A program made the position numbers and the translations under genes. The notes under the pieces are model-generated. The model made no database searches, was not told the origin of the DNA, and saw only the letters and a program-made list of their open reading frames with translations. Of a DNA stretch of 64,000 bases, positions 20,709 to 30,497 are shown one piece after another. The stretch spans positions 1,792-65,791 of the forward strand of contig JAVBJX010000004.1 in assembly GCA_031546705.1 (NCBI GenBank). The letters run 5' to 3'. Each line of letters starts with the position of its first letter. Position 1 is the stretch's first letter. Origin of the DNA: Bacillales bacterium. GTDB lineage: Bacteria > Bacillota > Bacilli > Bacillales > JAVBJX01.

Positions 20709-22631
20709 ATGTATAATCGTGTTCCTTTTACAATGGAAAAAAACGAGAATTTTTTTGATAAATTAAATGAGTGGATTGGCGATATTTTCTATGATATTTT
20801 GCCTGAAAATGGTTTTGAGCTTCGGGATGAACAAGTATATATGGCATTCCAAGTGGAACGAACATTTAAGGAGAAAATCCCAATCTTTGCTGAAGCTGGC
20901 GTTGGAACTGGAAAAACAATTGTCTATTTACTGTATGCTCTTTGTTATGCGAGATATACAGGAAAGACGGCAATTATTGCTTGTGCAGATGAAACATTAA
21001 TTGAGCAACTTGTAAAAAAAGAGGGTGATATTGCCAAGATTTCTAAAGTACTTAATTTGGAAATTGATGCAAGACTTGCGAAATCACCCGACCAATATTT
21101 ATGTTTGCGAAATTTAGATGCGGCAATGATGGAAGATGATGCCGAATTATATGAAGATATGTTTGATGAACTGCCTGATTTTGTTCATGATTTAAAAGGA
21201 ATGCAAGCTTTCCATCATTACGGTGATCGAAAAGAATTTGCGACTTTAAATGATGAGGAATGGAAGAAAGTAGCATGGGATTCATTTCAAGATTGTTTTT
21301 CTTGTGAAAAACGGCATCGTTGTGGACAAACATTGTCAAGAGATTATTACCGAAAAGCGACGGATTTAATTATATGTTCGCATGATTTTTATATGGAACA
21401 TGTCTGGACTGCCGAAACTCGGAAACGTGAAGGACAGCTGCCGCTTTTACCAGAAGCAAGTTGTGTTGTTTTTGATGAAGGGCATTTACTTGAATTTGCT
21501 GCTCAAAATGCTTTGACATACCGTATGCAGGAGTCAACGATTGAACATCTGCTTGAGCGGTTGGCAAAAAATGAAATTCGTGAGCAGTTTGCTTATTTTC
21601 TCGAAGAAACATTTAAGCTAAATGAACGTTTTTTTGATGAGTTGTCAAATAATGCAACAGAGGTCGTTGGGTCTAATCGTCAAGAAGTTTATTTAACTGA
21701 TTCAACTAGAACAATGGCAGAAGTATTGTGTAAAAATATTGCTCGTATTGGTGATGAACTTGTGTTTGAAGGGGGAACCCATACCATTAACGAGTATGAA
21801 TTAAAAATTATTGATGAATATTTAGACCAAATTGAGTATTTACTAGGTTTGTTTTTACATAACCAAGAGGCTATTGTTTGGTTAGAATCTTCAACAGATA
21901 GTAGTACACTTGTTGTTATGCCTCGGACTGTTCAAGAGATTCTACGGGAAAAAGTATTCTCACAACCGATTCCATTTATTTTCTCATCGGCAACGTTGTC
22001 AACAGATGGAGCATTTAATTATATGGCTGAAGCACTGGGTATTGATGATTATTTATCATTTACAGTAAAATCCCCATTTGATTATGATGAGCAAATGAAA
22101 ATTACCATGCCAGTCATTGAAAAAAATGACCAGCAATTTGAAGAAAAATATAAACAAGCTATCCAATTGCTTGAAAAAACGAATGGACGAGCATTAATTT
22201 TATTTCAATCTCGAAATGAACTAGCAAAGTTTAAGGAAAAAGCACAGCACGAATCATTTTCATTTTTGTTTGAAGGTGATCGTGAAATTAGTGAATTAGT
22301 GGCAACTTTCCAAAATGAAGAAGAAACCGTTCTTTGTTCAGAGCATTTGTGGGAAGGACTTGATATTCCTGGACTCGCATTATGTAATGTAATTATTTGG
22401 GGACTTCCGTATCCACCAAATGATCCTGTGTTTCAAGCAAGGCGAAAAGCAACACTTGTCCCATTTTATGATGTGGATGTACCATATATGTTACTTAGAC
22501 TTCGTCAAGGAATTGGGAGACTCATTCGGACACATGAAGATAGTGGGATTGTGACGATCTTTATTTCCAGTGATGAATCAGAGGAAGTTGTCGAGAAAAT
22601 AAAGGCTGTTTTGCCTACGGAAGTAGAATGA
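20709..22631 (+). CDS. ypvA: DinG/Rad3-family ATP-dependent helicase (YpvA-like)
   Basis: ORF 20706-22631; ATG 20709 follows GGAGGT. Walker A AEAGVGTGKT, VFDEGHLL (DEGH box), C-terminal LWEGLDIPG; synteny next to ypsC. Confidence 0.85.
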   Translation: MYNRVPFTMEKNENFFDKLNEWIGDIFYDILPENGFELRDEQVYMAFQVERTFKEKIPIFAEAGVGTGKTIVYLLYALCYARYTGKTAIIACADETLIEQLVKKEGDIAKISKVLNLEIDARLAKSPDQYLCLRNLDAAMMEDDAELYEDMFDELPDFVHDLKGMQAFHHYGDRKEFATLNDEEWKKVAWDSFQDCFSCEKRHRCGQTLSRDYYRKATDLIICSHDFYMEHVWTAETRKREGQLPLLPEASCVVFDEGHLLEFAAQNALTYRMQESTIEHLLERLAKNEIREQFAYFLEETFKLNERFFDELSNNATEVVGSNRQEVYLTDSTRTMAEVLCKNIARIGDELVFEGGTHTINEYELKIIDEYLDQIEYLLGLFLHNQEAIVWLESSTDSSTLVVMPRTVQEILREKVFSQPIPFIFSSATLSTDGAFNYMAEALGIDDYLSFTVKSPFDYDEQMKITMPVIEKNDQQFEEKYKQAIQLLEKTNGRALILFQSRNELAKFKEKAQHESFSFLFEGDREISELVATFQNEEETVLCSEHLWEGLDIPGLALCNVIIWGLPYPPNDPVFQARRKATLVPFYDVDVPYMLLRLRQGIGRLIRTHEDSGIVTIFISSDESEEVVEKIKAVLPTEVE

Positions 22632-22638
22632 TTTGAAG

Positions 22639-22672
22639 AAGTGAGGCGAATTTTTGTCTCACTTTTATTTTA
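22639..22672 (+). terminator. Terminator after ypvA-like helicase
   Basis: AAGTGAG / CTCACTT stem followed by TTATTTTAT. Confidence 0.65.
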
Positions 22673-22743
22673 TAGGATATTTCTGTTCAAGAGTTACTTT
22701 TTCTAGCACTGCGAGTTAATTTGAAAATCGGGAGGTTTTTCAG

Positions 22744-23601
22744 ATGATTGAATTAAAAAATGACATCCTGCATGTACAACTAAAACAAGCTGGTGCAGAA
22801 ATTACTAGTGTGAAAAGGCAAGGAGAAGAATACATCTGGCATGGAGATGCTGCATATTGGGCTAGACATACACCGGTTTTATTTCCAATTGTTGGTCGCC
22901 TAGCTAATAACCAATATATACATAATGGAAAAATATATTCACTTCCACAACACGGCTTTGCACGTGATATAGTGTTTGATGTTATGAAACAAACAAATAC
23001 AGAAGTAACTTTTCGTTTAAATGCCAATGAAGAAACAAAGGCGAAATATCCATTTGATTTTACGCTACTCATTCGTTATGTTCTCGATAAAGATACACTA
23101 TCAATAGAATGGACAGTTGAAAATAAAACAGATGGAGTCATGTATTTCTCTATTGGTGCTCATCCTGCTTTTACAGTGTCAATCGAAGATAACGATTATG
23201 ATGAAGTTGTTATGTCCTTTAAAGGTGAAAAAAGCAGAGAAAGTTTCACATTTGCTGAAGGAAAAGTGTATCAAGAGAAAATTCCTGTTTTTGATGGTTC
23301 GCAAATTAAAGTAACTGCTGATTTATTTAAAAAATTTAATACAATTATTTTAGAAAATGAAAAAGAAATCAAACTTCATCATAAAAATAAGCAAATCACT
23401 ATTTCATTTGAAAACTTTCCTTATGTTGGGATGTGGTCACCAATTATAAATGATTCACCTAGTCCATTTGTATGTATTGAGCCATGGTTTGGTATTGCTG
23501 ATTTTAATGATGATCCAGGGGAAATAAAAGAAAAAGTAGGTATTCAAACACTTTCTAGCAATGAAATATTTCAAACGACTTATACGATAGCTTTTGATTG
23601 A
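22744..23601 (+). CDS. Aldose 1-epimerase family protein (LacX-like)
   Basis: 285 aa. ..PVLFPIVGR..N..Y...GK.Y.L.QHGFAR.. and ..GAHPAF.. motifs typical of the family. Confidence 0.75.
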   Translation: MIELKNDILHVQLKQAGAEITSVKRQGEEYIWHGDAAYWARHTPVLFPIVGRLANNQYIHNGKIYSLPQHGFARDIVFDVMKQTNTEVTFRLNANEETKAKYPFDFTLLIRYVLDKDTLSIEWTVENKTDGVMYFSIGAHPAFTVSIEDNDYDEVVMSFKGEKSRESFTFAEGKVYQEKIPVFDGSQIKVTADLFKKFNTIILENEKEIKLHHKNKQITISFENFPYVGMWSPIINDSPSPFVCIEPWFGIADFNDDPGEIKEKVGIQTLSSNEIFQTTYTIAFD

Positions 23602-23814
23602 ACTATATGGATATAAAGCGATTGATATTATTGAAGACTATCCTCTGGGAAGCAATTATTATACAATGGTAAAAATAGTAGATGCTGATGTATAGATGTT
23701 TAAAAAATAATACATCTAATATAGAATCTCAGTGGCAAAAAACATACGCTAAGTAGATTTTGATATGAAAAATCTGAATTTTTCTACTTAAATAAAATCC
23801 TTATTTTTAATTAT

Positions 23815-23872
23815 AAAAAAGAGTTTGGAACGAAAATCAATTTTGCAGATTTTCGTTCCAAACTCTTTTTTT
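23815..23872. terminator. Bidirectional terminator
   Basis: AAAAAAGAGTTTGGAACGAAAATC / GATTTTCGTTCCAAACTCTTTTTT; an A-run and a T-run flank a ~18-bp stem. Lies 3' of the MarR gene (-). Confidence 0.8.
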
Positions 23873-23936
23873 GTGATCCGTATATTCCTGTTAATTTTCC
23901 CCCTTCGTTACACGAATGTTAGATTGCGGTTTGTTT

Positions 23937-24410
23937 TCATCGCACTGCACCGATAATTTTTGTTGCAAGGATAGATAGTTGCGAGCATTCATTCTCAGTT
24001 AGACTGTCGGCAAGGGCGGTTACTTGTCGTCCGATTTCGGTAGCAACTTCTATCGTGAGTTTCTGTCCAACAGGGGTTAATATGACGTTTACTCCTCGAC
24101 TGTCGTTAGGGTTAGCAGTTCGCTTGACGAGATCACGATGTTCAGCACGATTGATAAGCCCAGTAACACTTGATTTATCAAGATTTAAGTGCTGTGCCAG
24201 TTGCAACATACTAGGTTCACGGTCTCTTAATATGCCAAATAGGCGAATCTGTATAATGGACAGATTGTAACTTTCTCCAACACGGCTAAGAATAGAGTGG
24301 ACGAGATACGACAATTGCACGAGACTGTCAACAATTCCAAGATTCTCCTCTTCTCTAAACGATTTTTCATTTTCCCCTTGAAGTAATGATTTTTTTGACA
24401 TGAATTTCAT
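23937..24410 (-). CDS. MarR-family transcriptional regulator
   Basis: 157 aa. Winged-HTH region ..LSIIQIRLFGILRDREPSMLQLAQHLNLDKSSVTGLINRAEHRDLVKR; divergent from the flavodoxin/ferredoxin gene. Confidence 0.85.
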   Translation of the reverse strand: MKFMSKKSLLQGENEKSFREEENLGIVDSLVQLSYLVHSILSRVGESYNLSIIQIRLFGILRDREPSMLQLAQHLNLDKSSVTGLINRAEHRDLVKRTANPNDSRGVNVILTPVGQKLTIEVATEIGRQVTALADSLTENECSQLSILATKIIGAVR

Positions 24411-24451
24411 CCTTTCTCTTTCAATTACTTAAAATAATTTCATCCTACCTA

Positions 24452-24498
24452 TTGATTTAGTTTGCGATACAAACTATAATATTTGTATCGCAAACTAA
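24452..24498 (+). promoter_or_regulatory. Sigma-A promoter overlapped by a perfect 17-8-17 inverted repeat (probable MarR operator)
   Basis: TTGATT (24452-57), 17-nt spacer, TATAAT (24475-80). Arms TTAGTTTGCGATACAAA (24457-73) and TTTGTATCGCAAACTAA (24482-98) are exact reverse complements. Confidence 0.8.
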
Positions 24499-24528
24499 TT
24501 TTACACTATTCATCATCGGAGGTAAACA

Positions 24529-25338
24529 ATGAAAACAATTATTTATTTTTTTAGTGCATCTGGTAATAGCTTGAAAATTGCTAAAGAATTAGCACATCAT
24601 GTTGAAAATGTTGATATTGTACAAATACATCAGGAACAATTGGAAAATCAGATTGGGACAGATGCAGATACGATTGGATTTGTTTTTCCAACTATTTATT
24701 GCGGAATTCCAGAACTAGTAGAACAGTGTATTAAAAAACTTGAAGTAAAAAATCCTCAGCCATATATTTTTGCAATTGCAACTCACGGAGATGAAGATGG
24801 TGGTGGATTTGTCTTTAAGCAAATTTCAACTTTATTAAAAGAAAAATCGCTTCTGTTATCCTCTTCTTTTAGTATACAAATGCCACATAGTGCACCAGAA
24901 AAGGATCATGTAACAACATCAGAAGAAAAAGAGCAACTATACAAACAAGCGAGTGAACGCATTCCAAGAATAGTCGAAAGCATTGTAAATAAAGAATGTA
25001 CCCCACATCATAGCAAGAAAATAAAACAATTTCTTGAAAAAATGAATTATACATCTTTCCGTAAAAATTCTTTTGATACAAAGTTTACTGTAAGTGATGA
25101 CTGTATCAGTTGTAAGCGGTGCTCTCAAATTTGTCCTGCTAAAAATATTGAAATGGTGAATGGAAAACCTAATTGGAAGTTAGATAACTGTCAGGGGTGT
25201 TTAGCTTGTTTGAACTGGTGTCCCTCTACTGCTATTCAATATACAAAAAGTACAAAAAGCGTGGAGCGTTACCATCATCCTAATATAAAATTGAAAGAAA
25301 TTATCTATAAAAAGAAAATTACACGGAATGAGGTATGA
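24529..25338 (+). CDS. Flavodoxin-like / 4Fe-4S dicluster fusion protein (EFR1-type ferredoxin)
   Basis: N-terminal flavodoxin-like IIYFFSASGNS; C-terminal CISCKRCSQICP and CQGCLACLNWCP cluster motifs. Confidence 0.75.
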   Translation: MKTIIYFFSASGNSLKIAKELAHHVENVDIVQIHQEQLENQIGTDADTIGFVFPTIYCGIPELVEQCIKKLEVKNPQPYIFAIATHGDEDGGGFVFKQISTLLKEKSLLLSSSFSIQMPHSAPEKDHVTTSEEKEQLYKQASERIPRIVESIVNKECTPHHSKKIKQFLEKMNYTSFRKNSFDTKFTVSDDCISCKRCSQICPAKNIEMVNGKPNWKLDNCQGCLACLNWCPSTAIQYTKSTKSVERYHHPNIKLKEIIYKKKITRNEV

Positions 25339-25594
25339 GATGAAAAATAAGCAAAAGTAGCAAGTTTGGATTCCATTTAGTTTTTCAGTAATAGTCAAAG
25401 TGATAATCACGGCGTATTATTTCTATTATATTTTCTTACTAGAAAAAATAATGCTTAGAGAGAATGAAGACCAAACATGTGGGATAAGTATTTTTTTATT
25501 CTCTCATTAAAAATTAATGGAATTTTCGTGTTCTTATGTTATACTTGTCAATCATATAGACAAAATATTTATTCTTCCAAAGGAGGGTGTAAAT

Positions 25595-26314
25595 ATGTTT
25601 GGTGGTTATCAAGAAAAATATGATTTTCACATGTTTTCTACTGCTCATTGGACAGCAATTATTGTGATAATTATTGGTGTGATTCTTCTCTATTTATCCA
25701 AAAATCATCTTCGATTAAGTTCACACTTATGAACATTTGAAAAACTAGTAGCTATTTCATTAATTATGATGGAAAGTTTATATCACATTTGGCTCATTCA
25801 TATAGGAAAGTGGAACGTGAAAGATTCATTACCGCTTGAACTTTGTAGTGTGAGTTTAATTTTAACTGTATTGTTACTTTTTACGAGAAACAGAATGTTA
25901 TATAATTTTGTGTTCTTTCTCGGAATTGGTGGAGCATTGCAAGCCATACTGACACCTGTTCTTGATCTTTCATTTCCACATTTTCGTTTTATTCATTTTT
26001 TCTATACGCATACTTTCCTTATTTTAGTTCCACTTTATTTTACGTGGGTACATGGATTCTATCCGACTTTTCGAGCGGCTATTCAGACGATGATTTTTTT
26101 GAATTGCTTGTTGCCTTTTATTTTGGTTGTGAATTTTCTAGTTAACGGAAACTATATGTTTTTGCATGAAAAACCAGAAGGAGGTAGCTTACTAGATTTT
26201 CTAGGGGATTATCCGTGGTATATTGGATCATTAGAAGTAGTGGTGTTTGTGAATTGTTTGTTGCTTTGGTTGATTTTTAGAGAAAGAATGGAGAAAAAGG
26301 AAGTGGAGATGTAA
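25595..26314 (+). pseudogene. YwaF/TIGR02206-like integral membrane protein interrupted by an in-frame TGA
   Basis: ATG 25595 follows AAAGGAGGGTG. Track ORFs 25517-25732 and 25766-26314 share one frame, separated only by TGA 25730-25732 (..LRLSSHL*TFEKLVAISL..). Confidence 0.7.
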
Positions 26315-26391
26315 TAAAGTATATGAGTAGTTGAAAGTTCACATAGATGATAAAATGATTAATCATGTGTATTAATTGGAGTCTGAGGCAT

Positions 26392-26520
26392 AAGTTTTTT
26401 TGAAAGGTTTTTTATGAAATGAATGGTTCACTAAAACGTTGATTTTTTGTGTTTTGTCAACCATTCGTTTCATTAGTTTGGGTCAAAAGGGGTATTTTTC
26501 ACTCCTTTTGACCCAAACTC
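26392..26520 (+). repeat. Intergenic two-hairpin repeat element, copy B
   Basis: GAAATGAATGGTTCACTAAAACGTTGATTTT.. aligns with copy A's GAAGTGAATGGTTTACTAAAATGTTGATTTT... The second hairpin is GTTTGGGTCAAAAGGGG..CTCCTTTTGACCCAAAC. Confidence 0.7.
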
Positions 26521-26544
26521 AATAAATATAAAGGAGAATTTCTA

Positions 26545-28047
26545 ATGGAAGTAAAAGAAATGGAACAATCATTTTTACAGTTCATTAAAAAAATGAACAG
26601 CTACAATGAGGCTTTATCACTGATGCAATGGGATTTGCGAACAGGTTCACCAAAAAATAGTGTTGCTGGGCGTTCGGAAGCAATTAGTTTGTTATTTGGA
26701 GATGTGTTTGAAATGTCTACGGGTGAAGAAATGGCAAATTTTCTTGAGAAATTAATGCCACATAGTGAACAATTATCTGATGTTGCCCGCCATACATTAG
26801 CTTATTGTAAGAAAGAGTATGATCGAAACAAACTTATTCCTGTGGAAGAGTATAAAGAATACGTCATGTTACAGACACAATCAGAATCTGTTTGGGCAGA
26901 AGCAAAAGAGAAAAGTGATTTTACGATATTTCAGCCGTATTTAGAAAAAATTGTAGCATTCAATAAAAAATTTATTGGCTACTGGGGTTATGAAGGAAAA
27001 CCTTACAATACACTATTAGATTTATATGAGCCAGGGGTCACTGTAGATGTATTAGATGAAGTGTTTGGAAAGTTAAAAGAAAAACTTGTTCCGCTTGTGC
27101 AAAAAATTAGTCAAGCAAAGAAACTAGATACAAGTTTTCTATATAGACATTTTCCAAAAGAAAAACAACGAGAGTTAAGTGTAGCGTTATTGAAAGAGCT
27201 TGGTTATGATTTTGATTCAGGGCGTTTGGACGAAACGATTCATCCATTTCAAATTACAATTAACCGTGGAGATGTACGGGTGACAACACAATACAATGAA
27301 TCAAACTTTCAATCTTGTATATTTGGAACGATTCATGAGTGTGGTCATGCAGTATATGAGCAAAATATTTCCAAAGAATGGGAAGGAACACCGATGTGTA
27401 GTGGAACATCTATGGGTATCCACGAATCACAATCATTATTTTATGAATCATTTATCGGACGCACAAGAGGTTTTTGGGAAAGAAACTATGAAGTGTTTAA
27501 ACAATATGCACCAGCATTTCAAGACGTTTCATTGGATGATTTTTATAAAGCAGTTAATGAATCAAAACCTTCATTGATTCGGATTGAAGCAGATGAAGTA
27601 ACATATGCCTTACATATTATGGTGCGTTATGAAATAGAAAAGGGCTTATTTAATGGAGAAATAGAAGTGAAAGACTTGCCAACTATTTGGAATGATAAGT
27701 ATGAACAATATCTTGGTATTCGTCCAAAGAATGATGCAGAGGGAGTATTACAAGATGTTCATTGGTCTGATGGAAGTTTTGGTTACTTTCCATCGTATGC
27801 ACTTGGGTATATGTATGCCGCACAACTAAAAACTACACTGCTAAAAGATTTACCGAACTTTGAGGAATTAGTTGCAGCTGGTAATATCAAACCGATTCAA
27901 GAATGGATGACAAAACATATTCATCAGTTTGGTAAAACGAAAAAACCGTTGGATATTTTGCGTGATACAACTGGTGAAGGATTAAACGTTCATTATTTTG
28001 TGAATTATTTAGAAGAAAAGTACAAAAAAATGTATGAATTAATATAG
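26545..28047 (+). CDS. ypwA: Carboxypeptidase M32 (Taq-type, YpwA-like)
   Basis: 500 aa. HECGHAVYE zinc motif, GIHESQS, DVHWS.G.FGYFPSY. Confidence 0.92.
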   Translation: MEVKEMEQSFLQFIKKMNSYNEALSLMQWDLRTGSPKNSVAGRSEAISLLFGDVFEMSTGEEMANFLEKLMPHSEQLSDVARHTLAYCKKEYDRNKLIPVEEYKEYVMLQTQSESVWAEAKEKSDFTIFQPYLEKIVAFNKKFIGYWGYEGKPYNTLLDLYEPGVTVDVLDEVFGKLKEKLVPLVQKISQAKKLDTSFLYRHFPKEKQRELSVALLKELGYDFDSGRLDETIHPFQITINRGDVRVTTQYNESNFQSCIFGTIHECGHAVYEQNISKEWEGTPMCSGTSMGIHESQSLFYESFIGRTRGFWERNYEVFKQYAPAFQDVSLDDFYKAVNESKPSLIRIEADEVTYALHIMVRYEIEKGLFNGEIEVKDLPTIWNDKYEQYLGIRPKNDAEGVLQDVHWSDGSFGYFPSYALGYMYAAQLKTTLLKDLPNFEELVAAGNIKPIQEWMTKHIHQFGKTKKPLDILRDTTGEGLNVHYFVNYLEEKYKKMYELI

Positions 28048-28117
28048 AAAAAGGATGGGACAATTGAGATGAAAAATCACCCAATTGCCCCATCAATAAT
28101 TTCAGTTAGAATTGTAT

Positions 28118-28170
28118 AAAAAAGAGAGTAAACAAAGTGCAACATTTGCCTTTGTTCACTCTCTTTTTTT
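28118..28170. terminator. Bidirectional terminator between convergent genes
   Basis: AAAAAAGAGAGTAAACAAAG / CTTTGTTCACTCTCTTTTTTT. A second hairpin (28054-28094) lies just upstream. Confidence 0.8.
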
Positions 28171-28182
28171 GTACACATTTTG

Positions 28183-28638
28183 TCACTTATCTTCAATAAT
28201 AAGGATAATTTGGATACTTCCTTTTCCTTCAATATTAACAGGAAGACGAAATGCAGTACTGAATCCATAAAGTTTCGTTTGACCAACAAGAACAGTTGGT
28301 GGAGTAATATCAATGATTACTCCTTTTTGTGACATAATTGTCGCTAAGCTTCCAGCAATCATATTTCCAAGTTCACCTGTGAAGGATTCAAGCATTTCTC
28401 CTTCTAAAGTCATTCCAAACATTGTTTCACCAATACCACCAAATGATGAAAAGGGACCTTCAATGACAATACGTCCTCGAATATCTCCTACAACCCCGAT
28501 TAATACACCAATTTCTGATTGTGTATGTGGAGCAGTGAACCTAGTTGGTTTGTCAATAACTACAGGAATTGGGATAAGTCCTTTGATTGCTTCAATTGTT
28601 CCATTCATAATATGAGTAATTCTCTCACCTAAAGACAC
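28183..28638 (-). CDS. CheC/CheX-like domain protein (stand-alone)
   Basis: 151 aa; GTG start follows GGTGGGGGG. ..GVLIGVVGDIRGRIVIEG.. and ..ELGNMIAGS.. resemble the CheC/CheX/FliY-type fold. Family call is from memory. Confidence 0.5.
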   Translation of the reverse strand: MSLGERITHIMNGTIEAIKGLIPIPVVIDKPTRFTAPHTQSEIGVLIGVVGDIRGRIVIEGPFSSFGGIGETMFGMTLEGEMLESFTGELGNMIAGSLATIMSQKGVIIDITPPTVLVGQTKLYGFSTAFRLPVNIEGKGSIQIILIIEDK

Positions 28639-28826
28639 ATTAAACCCCCCACCAAAATAATCACTACTTAATTATAACAGTTCTTGTTCATTTTTCACAC
28701 ATTAATAAAAATTATTTTTTTCCACGTATATTTTATCGGATTTCTTTCATTTTTTTAACATGTATTTGGATAAATCTTCTCTATCTGGGGATGTTAATAG
28801 GAAACTTATATCACTTGGAGGAACAT

Positions 28827-29858
28827 ATGGCATTTATTACGGCAGTTGGTACGGCTAAACTTCCATTTATTTTGGAACAGTCACAAGTATGTCAATTTAC
28901 CAAGTCACTTTTTTCAAACGTTCGTCATATTGAAAAGCTACTTTCTGTTTTTGAAAATGGGCAAATCGAAACAAGAAGTTTTGTAGAGCCATTAGAATGG
29001 TATCAAACAACTCATTCATTTGCCGAAAAAAATGATTTATATATACAACATGCTGTTCGTTATGGCTGTGAAGCAATTAAGGATTGTTTAGAGAAGGTCA
29101 ACTTTCATCCAGAAGATATTGATGCCCTATTTTTTATCTCTACCACAGGGCTTGCGACACCGAGTATTGAGGCTCGGATTATGAATAATTTATCTTTCTC
29201 CAAACATACAAAAAGAATTCCTATTTGGGGATTAGGTTGTGCAGGTGGAGCAGCTGGACTTGCAAGAGCTTATGAATATTGCACAGCATTTAAAAATGCA
29301 AAAGTTTTAGTAGTAGCAGTAGAATTTTGTAGTCTCACTTTTCAATTAGATGACATCTCCAAAAGTAATTTAATCGGTACATCTTTATTTGCTGATGGAG
29401 TTGGTTGTGTGTGTGTTGTCGGGGAAAATGTCGTAGATAACGGTTTACGAATTGTAAGAACGCAATCAACCCTTATGTCAAATTCTGAATCAGTGATGGG
29501 CTGGGATGTTCGGGACAATGGTTTGTACGTCATTTTCTCCAAAGATATTCCAACACTTATTGATTCATGGTTAAAACCAAATGTTGAAAACTTTCTTGAT
29601 GGAAAAAAAGTAGATCATTTTATTGCCCATCCCGGTGGAAAAAAAGTATTAGATGCCTATATACATAGTTTCGATTTATCCGAAGAACAATTACAAGAGT
29701 CCACAGATGTATTAAAAAAATATGGCAATATGTCATCTGTCACTATTTTGTATGTGTTAGAACAAATGCAAACAAAAGGGAATATAGGAGAAATGGGGTT
29801 AATGGCGGCACTTGGTCCGGGATTTAGTTCAGAATTATTACTACTACGGTGGGAGTGA
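28827..29858 (+). CDS. bpsA: Type III polyketide synthase (BpsA/BcsA)
   Basis: ORF 28791-29858; ATG 28827 follows GGAGGAA. MAFI..GT.., RIPIWGLGCAGGA, AHPGGKKV, GPGFSSELL match B. subtilis BpsA as I recall it. Confidence 0.92.
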   Translation: MAFITAVGTAKLPFILEQSQVCQFTKSLFSNVRHIEKLLSVFENGQIETRSFVEPLEWYQTTHSFAEKNDLYIQHAVRYGCEAIKDCLEKVNFHPEDIDALFFISTTGLATPSIEARIMNNLSFSKHTKRIPIWGLGCAGGAAGLARAYEYCTAFKNAKVLVVAVEFCSLTFQLDDISKSNLIGTSLFADGVGCVCVVGENVVDNGLRIVRTQSTLMSNSESVMGWDVRDNGLYVIFSKDIPTLIDSWLKPNVENFLDGKKVDHFIAHPGGKKVLDAYIHSFDLSEEQLQESTDVLKKYGNMSSVTILYVLEQMQTKGNIGEMGLMAALGPGFSSELLLLRWE

Positions 29859-29863
29859 TGTAG

Positions 29864-30430
29864 ATGCTAAGACTATTTTTTATTTTTATTTTTTGCTTGC
29901 TTGTGCAACGGTTGGTAGAGATAGTGGTTGCTAGAAAAAATGAAAAGTGGATGAAGGCACAAGGAGCAGTAGAGTATGATTCTCCTTTCTATAAATACAT
30001 TGTCATGCTCCATACATTATTTTTTGTTTCTTTGATTGCCGAAGTAGTTTTGTTACAGAAAGGAATGTCGGCGATTGCCATTCCACTATTCACTATTTTT
30101 TTCCTCACCCAGCTTCTAAGAATTTGGGCAATTTATTCATTAGGACGCTTTTGGAATACAAAGGTAATTGTACTGAAAGATGTGTATGTCAAAGCCAAAG
30201 GTCCATATAGATGGATAAGACATCCGAATTATCTTGTTGTTGGGATAGAGATGTTAGTTGTGCCACTGTTATTTCAAGCGTATGGTACGGCATTTCTTTT
30301 TTCTGTTTTAAATATGTATTTACTGAGTATTCGGATTTCTAGGGAAGAGAAAGCACTTAGAAACGATACAGCGTATGATGATTACTATAAAACAATTTCA
30401 AGATTTTTCCCGACACGTCCCGTTAAATAA
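29864..30430 (+). CDS. bpsB: Isoprenylcysteine carboxyl methyltransferase-family membrane protein (BpsB/YpbQ)
   Basis: 188-aa hydrophobic ORF 5 nt after bpsA. ..GPYRWIRHPNYL..E.. ICMT motif. Confidence 0.88.
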   Translation: MLRLFFIFIFCLLVQRLVEIVVARKNEKWMKAQGAVEYDSPFYKYIVMLHTLFFVSLIAEVVLLQKGMSAIAIPLFTIFFLTQLLRIWAIYSLGRFWNTKVIVLKDVYVKAKGPYRWIRHPNYLVVGIEMLVVPLLFQAYGTAFLFSVLNMYLLSIRISREEKALRNDTAYDDYYKTISRFFPTRPVK

Positions 30431-30450
30431 ATGGGACGTTGTTTTTATTT
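30415..30450 (+). terminator. Terminator after bpsB (left edge of accessory island)
   Basis: ACGTCCC / GGGACGT stem overlapping the stop codon, then TGTTTTTATTT. Confidence 0.65.
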
Positions 30451-30497
30451 ATCAAAAAGATTATAATTTTTATATAAACCATTGGGAGTGGGGGGAA

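Noticed and set aside
23602-23814. Short coding-like stretch after the epimerase gene (..ELYGYKAIDIIEDYPLGSNYYTMVKIVDADV*)
   Set aside because: It has no start or RBS, is only ~30 codons long, and I recognise no family. It could be a gene remnant, but that is unsupportable from the sequence alone.
28313-28615. 100-aa plus-strand ORF opposite the CheX-like gene
   Set aside because: Its Pro/Ser/Ile-rich product is low complexity. The minus-strand product has CheC/CheX-like motifs, an RBS and a downstream terminator.
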